Below, in pieces: positions 1 to 13,100 of a DNA stretch of 64,000 nt (position 1 is the stretch's first letter; each line of letters begins with the position of its first letter). Made by a program: the position numbers and the translations under genes. The notes below the pieces were generated by a model. It was not told where the DNA came from. It searched no databases and worked only from the letters and a program-made list of their open reading frames with translations. The stretch is from Balanoglossus misakiensis (taxonomy: Eukaryota; Animalia; Hemichordata). The stretch spans positions 11,869,863-11,933,862 of the forward strand of contig CM082585.2 of NCBI GenBank assembly GCA_040954595.2. Direction: 5' to 3'.

Positions 1-560
1 TGACTGAAATTGTTGATTGAAACTGTAATACTGAACCCTAAGATTTCCTTGTAAATTCCTGTTAGTTAAAACAAATGAAATTACATGTACTGCATTACTC
101 AAGATTTTTTTCTGTGAAACGTCAATGTTTACATTCACCTCGCAACGGTTGCGTTGGCAACGTCCATCTGACACCATAAACAACCGAACAGTGTCATTTA
201 TGTACACAGCGTGATAGTGTAAGGACTCTAGTTACCATTTCATTAGGAAATCCTGTGTATCCTTGTTTTCTAAAGTTTTCACCTTCTTTCCTTCTAAAGA
301 TATGAATGAAAACTGGCGTTCCCTATTCTCACTGGAGGCTGCCATATTTGATTTACCCACGCGGCTGTAGCATCACGGGAAATATGCGCCCTCGCAGTTG
401 AAAAGGCACGAAAAATTACCCTTTCGGTCTAGTAATTTCTGTCTGGTCGATGTCTAAAAAAGAAAAGAGTCATGTACCAGCATTTGGTGTAGACACTCGC
501 ATAAATAAACATGCTTTAGCATAACCCACGGTTTTTAATTTAAACGTGTAAACGTATAGT

Positions 561-634
561 GATCACGTGAAATTTCAGTCAGGTCACCTGATATCATGGT
601 CCGGGTCACCCGGGTCAGACTGAGGACACGTGAG
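561..634 (+). promoter_or_regulatory. E-box cluster in the TMEM256 promoter
   Basis: GATCACGTGA (561-570), GGTCACCTGA (~582-591) and GACACGTGAG (625-634) lie within ~110 nt of the ATG at 667; they resemble USF/MiT-TFE (CLEAR-like) sites. Confidence 0.45.
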
Positions 635-666
635 TTACGTTAAGACTGCAAAGACCCAACTGCATA

Positions 667-1788
<1,122 letters not shown>

Positions 1789-2365
1789 AACTCTGCATTT
1801 TTAAAGATAACTTGTTTTCAACAATTGGAGCGTCAAAGACTGATATGATGTACAGCACTTGCATTTAGATGTAGGTTTCTCAGAAAAAAATCATGATTAG
1901 TTTTTTGTTGATTGAAATGTTTGTGTACAGTATATGTATTCTTCTGAACATGGCTTATTAAAAATAGGTATATACCTGGTATTTTGGAACTTACTAGTGC
2001 TTTGTGGTGATTGAATGTCATGAAATGTGTTGCAGTGAAACGGGGTTTCCTCAATGCGAACTTCAGAGATATAAAAATGCCAAGTTTCACGATATAACAC
2101 ATGATTATTAAAAAAAGAGTGGTTCTGCTTGATTGAAATTGTTTCTGAACGCTAGGTACTGCAATGCAACATACCTGACCGAGATCAGACATACAAGGAC
2201 ATGTAGATAAAGGGGTGCGACCCCGGGTATGACACGTGACCTCTTCTATTTAAGTGGCCGGTCGCCAGTGGGGTGAAGAAACGGACGGAAAAGTGTTGTG
2301 TTGAATCGCCCATCGGCTAAGCACTGATTTTGTCGTGTGTTCTTTTTCCCCCTCGACAGTGGAAG

Positions 2366-5274
2366 ATGTCTGTAACGCACAGTGGCGATGAATTGGTCTC
2401 CGTTCCTGGGAAGAAGTACGATATGAGTGTTTTCTATGAATCGATCAAAGAGGAACATAGGGAGCCGATGAAAACCAAAATTAAAGGTGAGAACCTAAAA
2501 AAATCGCAGAATTAATTTCTTTCGATTCCAGATTGCGCAAACAACGCCTATCGTGGGTGCCAAGTAACTTTGTGTGACTTTTGAATCTCCGGCCTATTCC
2601 GGGACAATGACCGGAATGTAGGACGCGGTGATTTATATTGTTCGCAAACAACTACAATATTATTTGCGTCCAGTTTATGTAGAAAAATCTTGCATGACAT
2701 TTTCTCTGAGCTATTCCGCAGAATGTCGTCTCTTACGCGTATAGTATGTCATGACAAGTAGTTTTCTCCGAAAACCCATTTGTCACCCTATTTTAGGTTT
2801 TAAAGAAAGACGCGACTGAGAAAACGTCACAAAGACACTTTTGTATACGACACCAGGTGGTGTGGGTCAAGCATTCAGTCTTGAACAATCTAACCTACTA
2901 ATTACTGTCCCATTGCCCTTACTTTAGCATATCAAGCATACACATATATAGACAGAAAACGTTGGTTTTGTGTCCATGGCGCTTTCTCGACATGTGATTT
3001 CGGAATTCAGTTGCCCATAGATGTTGGGGGCGGAGTATTGCGCCGTATTTAGAAGGTCACCTTCAGACGATGCCCGAACAATGACCTTGCAAATGTGGCC
3101 AGACGCGCATGCTCGGTAACGCACAACCCTGCAACGCGTAGCCAGGTATCTACAGCTAATAGGCATGGAAAGTTGCTACGCACATCCTCTCTGTATCACC
3201 ATAGACAAGCTGTTCTTTCTCTTTCTCTTTGTCTGTATGAAGAAGGTAAAACAAAAAGCCACCAGATTGCTATAATGTGGCATGATTTTAGAGGCAAGCG
3301 TCAACAAAGGATTGCGCAGATGACTATCATTTCTATTGTCTTATTGTATGTCTCTGATCACCCTTGATTATATGTCGTTGTCCTCGTATTGTGTAATAAT
3401 GTTACCATTAGTCAAAGTCCATAGATATCAAAACGCCAAAGTGGGTGGGCTGATTTCAGATGAAGATTCTCGAGAAGAAGAAAAATACACACCAAAGGTC
3501 TTTGTGGCAAATACAGATGAAACCTCCTCGTTCAAGTTGTGGGATAACAACTGTCTTTATATATAACTCTACAGTCCCTTGATGGAGAACGAATATTCTT
3601 GTGGGGGAGTCGAGAGTGTTAACAGTAGCAAAATTTAATAAAGCTAGGAACCCCTAGAAAAGCCCCAACTTATAAAGAAGTTATTAAATTACGGCGACCG
3701 GATTAAAAAACAGACGTTGCACAAAGGATTTGCTGTGTTTTAGCCGTTTATCGCTTGTGTTGTAATCTGTCGACAATCACCTTTGGCATTCTTCTGGTGA
3801 CTTGTCTTGGATTTAATCAGTTTCTCAACATTACTGTCTGGAAAAGATAAAGTGTAAAACTCATATAAAACATAGACAGTAGCTTAAAATCACAAAATTG
3901 CGACCAGCCATTATGTAATTCTGGGAAAATGTGTCTGAGCTCGAATTACGAAAATGTTGATGCCACATAAATAAACTTTTCGTTTAGCTAGTCCTTCCCA
4001 TTATATGGTGTAACCATGGTAACATATCGCCATGATGTTCCACAGGAGAAATACCAAGATGGTTGGAAGGAAGTCTCTACAGAAATGGTGCTGGTCTACT
4101 TGAAATCGGTGAAGATTCATACAAGCATGTATTCGACGGAATGGCTCTGCTGCATCGGTATCACATCAAAGATGGACAGGTTGGCGACTGACTATGTTTG
4201 ACGTTATAATAGCCGTAACATTTCCCACCACGGTCAGCGAAAACAACCCTCTGTGTCTTGCTCTCCGACTGTGGTCGAGCCAACGACCCGTGCGAGCGCG
4301 TACAATGCAACTTACTGAATTGCAAACAGCGTTTATATCTACGTATTACAGATTGCAGGATAACATCCCCATAAGACACTTATATATAAGACAATGTGTA
4401 CTTTTATTGCGTTAATTTCCTGTTGATTTCTTATTTTACAGGTGACATATCAAAGTCAATTTCTCCGAAGTGATAATTACAAGAAAAATATGAAGTATAA
4501 CCGCATTGCGTGTAGTGAGTTTGGAACTGTTGTTCACTGGGACCCGTGCTTGGGCCTCTTTGGGAACATCGCCTCTTATTTTCTACCACCTAAAGCTGGT
4601 GACAATTGCGGTGTGAATTTCATGTACATGGGAGATGAATTGTTCGCAATGACGGAGACTAATTACATGAGAAGAATTGACCCTAAGACTCTCGATACAA
4701 CCGACAAAGATAAGGTAATATTTTTTAGTGTTCGACACTGGAGGGAGCGCGTCAGCGTCATCTTCGCACCAGTGATGGATTCAATGCTTTCTTTACCGTT
4801 ACAAAAAGCTTACGGCATTTCTCCGGGCCGGGTATATTTAGTTCGGCTAATTAATATAGCTCCCGACAATTTGTGATTGGCCAATTACTATCCGCACACC
4901 TGAAACAGGTAGACCGACGCGCCAGACAATTTACCTTCACCGGGCGCGTCGACCTTCTTTTGTCCGCATCTCTTGAGATTGTTGAGCACACTATAACATC
5001 GTTTGAAGAAAAAAACTTGACTCTCAGAAATAAACTCTTTATGTCTTGTCATGTTTAGATTGACATTACCAAATATGTGGCGGTGAATTCGGCATCGGCC
5101 CACCCACATTTCCTGAGCGACGGTACTCACTATAACATGGGGTCTTCCTTTGGTAAAGTGTGCAATTACAACATCATCAAGATGGAACTGGGTAAGTACA
5201 CCTGAGAAAGTGTGTGATTTCATATTAAGTATTATGGTTTCCCCTATGCCATGTGAGTGAAACACTTTGATATA

Positions 5275-5322
<48 letters not shown>

Positions 5323-7089
5323 GATGAAGCTGGTGACCAGAAGTGGTCAATCTTGTGCAGCATTCCAGCCAATGGCCGAGACCCGTCTTATTACCATAGC
5401 TTCGGCATGACAGATGATTACATCGTCTACTTGGAACAACCCCTGAAAGTCAACGTGTTCAAGGTTTTAACGTGTAAATTTCGGGGCTTGGCAACGACGG
5501 ACTGTCTCGATTATCACCAAAATGAAAAGGCCTACTTCCACCTGGTCAACCGCCACACTGGCGAACGTCTGCCAATCAAATACTCCGCAGATGCGTTCTT
5601 TTGTTTCCATCATATCAATGCGTACCAGGAAGACGGACATGTCGTCGTTGATTTGTGCTGTTATAATAACGACGAAATCATCAAGAGGGTTTACGTCGAT
5701 GAGTTGAAACAAACCGGGCTACCCCCTGCAGACGAAGCTCAAGCCAGACGATTTGTGTTCCCGCTAAAAACAGACCAAGTAAGGATTGTACAATTCATCT
5801 GAATAATTCAATTATTATATCTGTCGGTCTGTCATCCGATAAAAAGGAAACGTTCGGGGTCCATCCCTGTGATCTAAAACAATTCGCCAAATTGACAAAC
5901 TAAAACGGTCTGAAAAAATCTTTAATAGTACAAAACACATGTAGAACAAAGAATGAATAGACAATGAAAACATCAGGATGCACGTCGATGTCCCACAATC
6001 ACAGAATCACGCTTCCCTGTCACTTTTGTGCTTACAGCTGTCCAAGAATGAAAACTTGGTAACTTTACCGAATACCACATGTACAGCCAAATTGGCAGAC
6101 GACGGCACCGTGTTTTGCACGTCTGAAGTCCTCATTGAACAAGGTACATAGGTTTCTTTTATTCCTTGTAAAGTTTCCTGGAAATTGAGAGCAAATCAGT
6201 GATGGGTGGGTGGGTCGGTGAGTCAGTGAATGTGTTAGCGAATTATTGAAACTAAGGTTGAATGTTTCTGTCTGTTTCTTATACTCGCCAGCATTCGAAG
6301 CGCCTCGAATCAACTATGAGTGTAACAATGGCAAACCATACCAATATATTTATGGTGTTTTGGGAAATAACCAAGGGGTAAGACTATTTTATTTTTCATC
6401 ATTACATTTGTGACCCTTCGTTGTTCAGGTATGTTGTGATCTGCAGGGTATTGGCGGCAAACAATATGATAACGTGCACGCTCATCAGTTCTGGTAATCG
6501 AACAAATCTGCTAAAAATTTCTTTATTTCTTGCTTTGTAAATATTTTCTTTGTGACTTACAGATGATCAAAGTTGACGTGAAAAACAAAACCTACAGTGT
6601 TTGGGAAGAAGAGGGTTATATGCCGTCTGAGCCAGTTTTTGTTGGTGCGCCATCTGCCACAAGCGAAGATGACGGTAAGTGCACGCAACGCGTAAAACAA
6701 AGTGTCTCCTTAGGGCCTGAGTATTAAAGGGGAAGTTTCGTTTAAGTAGAAAGTACGTACGTGCTCACATTTGTACAGTTTTGGCGTGACACTTTCACGC
6801 CAGAAGATGCGCGGCACAGACAAGAAAATAACTCCTACACTTCATCAGAAGTTAGTAAGTAGTAATTTTCTGTTTGCCCTTCAAAGTGTTCCATCCACCC
6901 ACCCATACTGACTTCTGTCTTCCATTTGTTCTCACAGGAGTGGTCTTGTCTGCCGTTCTCAACAGTGACCCAGACAAACCAAATTTCCTGGTTGTGCTAG
7001 ATGGGAAAAGTTTCAAGGAGCTTGGGCGAGCCGAGTTCAACGTTCAACTCCCATACGGCATCCACGGGCTCTTTGTCCCAAATATCTAA
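2366..7089 (+). CDS. Carotenoid cleavage oxygenase (BCO1/BCO2/RPE65 family, BCO2-like), 9 coding exons
   Basis: Exons 2366-2486, 4046-4179, 4442-4714, 5059-5191, 5324-5778, 6038-6143, 6292-6377, 6563-6674, 6938-7089. Motifs [22 protein letters not shown] and SEFGT..WDPC. All four iron-binding His are present ([25 protein letters not shown]), as are the second-sphere Glu ([20 protein letters not shown]). Confidence 0.95.
5275..5320. repeat. (TGT)n microsatellite at the 3' end of BCO intron 4
   Basis: About 15 uninterrupted TGT units ending directly at the TAG acceptor (5321-5323). Confidence 0.95.
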
Positions 7090-10000
7090 ATCACCATGAC
7101 CCGATCTGGGCGAAAATAACCAAATACATGTATGAACTATTGTGATGACCTGATAAACAAAAAGTGCGGGACTTTTATTCCTTTCTTGGTAGTCTATCGC
7201 TTTCCATCGACAATTAACGAGCAAAAACATACGGCTAGGCCTGGGCGTTTGACCGGTTAAGATCTGATCTGATCGCACTCGAACGATAGTACAGCCTAGC
7301 CCCAAATTATTTTAAAGATTACATAAGATGTTTTATTGAGAGTTTTATCGAGTTTTATTTGAATGATGTTTTTATTCATTGCAATAATTTTAAAACCAGT
7401 ACATTTGCAATTTAGCGTAAATCATTTTTAAAATGACCTTTTTGAACATAGAGCTCTTAACTTGCCCCAAGTCTGTGGGCATAATTATGACATAGGCCTA
7501 ATAAATAACAAGGAAACACACGAAAGGTAACGAGACGTCGGACAACTGAAATGGTTAAGAATCTTTATAAAAGGTGAAAAAAAGCCGACTGATGGGCTGG
7601 TCTAATCGAGCTCAAAGTTCAGTTGGTGCAGTGCGTCTGCCCTCGTTGCTGGTCCAAAATGTAAACACTTGTATCCAGATTTTCGTGTATTCACAGGAGG
7701 AAAATATCGCAAGATGACTTAATATCCAAGTTGTAAACTCTTTTTGAGGAAGCATACAATTTACTAGTATAAGTTCCAACTATTATGGTGTTGAGAAGGC
7801 AGAGATGGAATTACATTCGTTTTCAGTTCATCCCAGCGATATTTGAAACTGAATATAGTTGTGAAGCCGGCAGAACATGCGACTGTTTCAATGGATACCA
7901 TCAGTAAATTTACGAGATGTTGGGCCCGATGTCTTTTCCATGTTGTACCGTACCCTTCACATGTTATTTCGGATAGAATAAGATTTTGTAGGCAAGTTTG
8001 TTTTATTATCTTCTACAGTCGTCACTTTTCGTAACTGAAACATGCATGTAACTCACAGGTATTCTTCTGTAATTACGACCTGTGGGCGTGGCTCTGTAGC
8101 CACATGGTCGTACGTACATGTATGGTACTATCACGTGGGGGAAACCAAAGAAGTGAAAATTCTCAGTTATGCAGCACAAAGCGAGCGTAAAGTTTGGAGT
8201 AGCTTGTAGAAAAGCATACAGTAGAGGGGAAAGCAACACACATAAACAACAACAAGCAACAGGTTGCAACTCATAACAGTCACATTGCCAACACCAGTTC
8301 TTGTGGTCATAAATGCAACTGTGAGTTTACAACAATGTGTGGCTATGGTGTGCTTTTACAGTACTCATATTTATATGCTAGTAGATTGCAAAAGAAATGT
8401 TAAAAAACCAGATATGTATGATTTTGTTTTATTCAACTTCTGTAATAGGCATTCCAACTATGAAGGAAAAAGCAACTACAGGTACCATCTGTGAATATGT
8501 TGTATTAGTCAAGACTTGATTAAAACCACTTCTTCAGGGTGAGAAACATACAGATAAAAATACATGATAAAGTATTATAAAGAAACATTGTATCACAAAA
8601 CGGCATCAACTGCAAATTTCTGAGTTTGTGTGATCTGAAGACACATATTTAGCAGATACAACACAGCTGTCTGGAATGCTACAAGGTTAGGAACATAGTT
8701 CTTGCAAAATGCATTAAATAAGAATACAAGAACTAAAATATAACACAGAATAAAACTCCATAGAAATTTAGGAAAAAAATGATTCAATATTTATAACTGT
8801 GTGGCCAGCACACAGACATTATACCGGCAATCACTGACGTTTGGCATGAACATATGAAGGTCAAACTGATAACATAACATTTGACAAATTTAATTTTTAT
8901 GGTGATCTGTACTATCAACAAAGTTTCAAAAAATGAAACAGAGATTGCCACTAAAGATTCTATGAACACAAAGTTGAAAAAAACCTGTTCAAAACTCAGT
9001 AATGTGAATGTTAGTTTTGACAAAATGACTGTTTTAAGTATGATATAACACCCCTATTAACAAGTGTTTATTTTCAGAAAACACAATGTAGTAACATTCT
9101 CAACAACGGAATGACAAATTAGACATGATGTTATACTTTCTTGACGGTGAAAACATGGCTAAAAGTCTATTGTGGCATGCAAAGCTCTTCTGGATGAAGT
9201 TTAGTGAGACATTAATTACAGAAGATTGTTTGTAAATGGCCATTTTAAATGGAATGTTAGATATAGTGTATGCTGATACTGTTCATGTATTCCCATTAAA
9301 AAGCTAGTGTATATTCACAAATTAATTATGATGTGGCAATAGTAATACATTCGTTATTTACATCATTTTCCATGTCATGAAAATCTTCCTCTTCCACAGT
9401 AAAATGTGATGTTTCCCCTTTGCTATCTCACTGTTAGTTATTCAATAGAGGTACCAAAGACAATATGGTCTTACTGTTATAGTATTTGATGCATTGCAAA
9501 GGATGAGTCATCTCATAGAAAAATGTACCGAATTAAATGCCAGTATGTCTTCATGTGGGCATTTGTATCTATAGTATAAACAAGAGAGCCTTTGTCTATG
9601 CACAGAACTGTTTATTGGGAAACGAAGGGTCAGTCTCCAATATTTCAGAAATCTAACTTTGCATGAACGTGTATTCATTTCATTACACTAATATTCATTT
9701 GTTCAATCATACATACATATATGTAACATGTGAATTTGAAGAGATCCTTATGAATAATCACTCTGGAGTTAGCTAAATCGTCTTTAATTCACATTTTAAG
9801 TACAAATTTGTTGGCAGTTTATAGCTCAGCAAATTATGATCACACAATCTAGAAGGCTATATATCTTTGATGAGACGCTTATTTTTTTTTACAAAGACAA
9901 ACATAAAGTACTGCTCAAAACTCATGTAACTGGCTCTCTTTCTGCCAATTAGAATTTGATAGTACTTTACTTCATTCATATAGTATCATTTAAGTATTAC

Positions 10001-10172
10001 CAATACTTTAATTTAAATTCTCTCCCGATAAACATTAATTATTAAAGCAAGTCAAAGTAGCGCAAATTGTAACTGCAGTTGAAAAATGTTGTGCACACAG
10101 TAAGATTCACTCTCTTCTGAAGAACTACACCACTTTCCATCAAGGCTGTGGGTGGCTTATAATAACTTTATT

Positions 10173-13100
10173 TCAGCCCATTTCCACTCGTATCTCTTGG
10201 TGGTTTAATGTTGGCAAACTCTCCAGGGACTCATCAGTGCTGACTTCTCCGTTAGCCAGCTCTACAGTATTGATGCTGTGTCTACTATCCCCATGATTCA
10301 TCTCCACATCCTCCACATTTTCTTTGGGTGCAAGAATGATTTTCTCATCCCGTTTTTTACCACTGGACATCATTCGTCGCGGTGAATTCAGATTGATGAC
10401 TTCGGGTGAGTATTCTAAATGTCTGTGACGTAACCTGGAAACAAGTAGAATACATGTACAGTCAACATTATTATTGTCAGATATTCCTGGCAGAACTCTT
10501 TATCTACATCCCTCACAATAAAAGGCAGATGAGCTTGACAACATATTGTGCTTGTTTTGAAGATTTTGGGCTAAAATGTTACACTGATAATTAGCAACCA
10601 ATTTCTGGTTGCAATCACTAAATACAAACACTTTAACACAACATGATGGAATGTCCCTTTATTCTATTGACATTGGACTATTCTATTCTCTACTGACAGG
10701 GGTGCACAGGAAGAGAAGTGACAATGTGGTGAGAAAACTACAGGAAACGAAACCAAGTTTACACACAAAAGACACATTTACGATCACATCCCTAACTGCA
10801 CAAGGCTGTGTTGGTAAAACACATACAGTGAAACCTGTCTGAAACCACTCTCACTTCCCGTCACACAACCTCTACAAACTAGACACCTATGCAGACTGAG
10901 CAATTTTCTCAGATTCTTTGGTGTCTAGGTTAGACAAGTTTTAACAGAATGACCACTTTGACGTACACTTGATGTACAGAAAAGAGACTGAAAATGTTCA
11001 TATATATGGCAGTTACTCTTGTTTATAAATAGGATTTTTACAAGTGTAGTTATAAATTTAAGACAAAGTTACTCACACATAATTATGATGAGAACATGAC
11101 ATGGTTAACTGATTAGAGGGTATAGGTTACATTTCTCTAATTTTTAATTATGTATTACATGTAAAATTAAAACATGCTTTGAGGTTACATTCATTATAGC
11201 ACTTGCAGTTGATTCAAACTATTATACCAGTATTTGAGGTAATTGGATGTTGGTGAGGGGAGGGGGGAGGAATACCTCATTAGTAGTGCCTGGCACTTTT
11301 CCTTAATGGTGCTAGTGGATTCTTGGTTGAAATGGTTGCCAAGCGAGGCGAGAGAAATGGTTTCTGCACTGTGATAGTCAGAATTGCGGTGTCTGTGTGT
11401 AGATGGAGAGAAAGACAAAGGCAGTCAGAGAGAGAGAGAGAGAGAGAGAAAAAGGTCAATTAAATCACCAGTAATTTTGCATGTACACATCACGTACGAA
11501 CTCAATAAATATTGTTGAATAAAGAAAAGAGATAGTCAATAGAAAACCCCCACAACAAAGCATCATTTTTTCTCAAGTGTTTACATCCTGTCACCCTTTC
11601 ACCCCCAGTTCCCTATTTAGAGGTCCAACCTCACCAAAGAAAACAATTGATTTGGACTGAACCATGGTGGTGAAAGGGTTAAAGCCATTTGTTCCAGACT
11701 ATAGCTTCCCACCACAATGACCTTTCTCCTGCTACCTGTCCACTGTCTTTAATTCTGTCAATACAAGGACTTTCCCTAACAACAAGATTTAGCTTTCACT
11801 TTGTAGCAATAGCACACACAGTGCTTTTTTTTTACAAAATGATGTTGATCTTTTGGTGATGGTTTCACAATATACCCACTAGCAGTGGTTCCTTTTCTCC
11901 TTACCTTTGTACAACAAAAATGATAACTACAACAGTTGCAGACACAATATCCAGTATGATCCAAATTATTAAGTAGGTTTGGTCAGTCTGTGAGAAAAGA
12001 ATACAAAGATGGTGTTTAATTTTTCTTTGCTGGTGTGTGAGACAGAGAAAAATCACAGACTGGTGACAACTGGTTGCGGCTGACTAAAAATCACAAGACA
12101 CCTCAAGGAATCCTGAAGACTCCATGCATAAGAATCACCTACATACCATATGCCATACAGGCTTGTCCATTTTCCGCAAACTTTGACATGATGAAGTTGA
12201 AACAGATGGAACACTAATGCACCAGTACAATGAAAATAACCATTTTGAGTTGACTGTGTACATGTTAGTGGTGATGTTGTATTCTTCAAAGTGCCTGAAT
12301 TTGAAGAAAAGAGACAATGAACACTTTCTGAGTATAAACCTTATAAGTCTGAAAAAGGGGCCCACAGAAAATGGCACACTGATATCTGAGGTAAACTCCT
12401 CATTTCTCATATTTTTGTGGGAGAAAAATAATCAATATTTCTCTTCAATATCGTATTTAAAAATTCTGGCATGCATAGTACTGGTACCTGATTTCTTCCA
12501 CATTGATACCATAGTAGGCTTCGTTGATTATCTCAATATCAGACTCCAGCATATTTTCAAGGGAGTGCTTCTCAGAGACCTGAATGAAATCTGGTGCCAT
12601 GGCAACCACTTTGGCTCTGTCGTACCCACTAAGCCACCAAACCTGTTAGACAGACAAGCACAGGTCGAAAATCAGTGCCGGGAAAAGATTGAAACGTATC
12701 ACGCAGCAATCTTTGGAAATGATCTCTAATTGGTAAATTTTGTTTTGCAATTGAAGTTTCATTGCAGATACAAAGAGTGGCCAATAGATTCTTGGTACAT
12801 GGTGTGATAACTTTTTACAAAAAGAAAAGGAATCAATTTAAGACATACTTACTTGAGAATGACTAATGTTTGATGCTAAAGTGAGATTTAAGACAAGATC
12901 CAGGAATGTTTCATGGTAGGTATGATACACTGGTGGTTGAAATAAGTCAAATAAAATGATCTTCTTGGTATCAGATGCATACTTTATCCAATCCACATAC
13001 TCTGGGATTGTTTGATTCCGGAACTTCTCCCGGTCTTCCTGCGAAATGCCTGATGCTTTCCGGAAGGGATCCGTCTGTTGGGTGGGATAACATTGAACTG

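Noticed and set aside
139-167. Possible minus-strand first coding exon (ATGGACGTTGCC...GAG|gtgaat, MDVANATVA) of a gene divergent from TMEM256
   Set aside because: Only 29 nt, no recognisable homology, the rest would lie outside the window, and it overlaps an X-box-like palindrome.
5257-5323. Poly-cysteine run at the start of ORF 5257-5802
   Set aside because: It is the translation of an intronic (TGT)n microsatellite; the real exon starts at 5324.
10640-10700. Box C/D snoRNA-like motifs (ATGATG...CTGA)
   Set aside because: Imperfect C box, antisense to the host gene and no terminal stem.
12217-12729. 170-aa plus-strand ORF
   Set aside because: Antisense shadow of GDPD5 exons.
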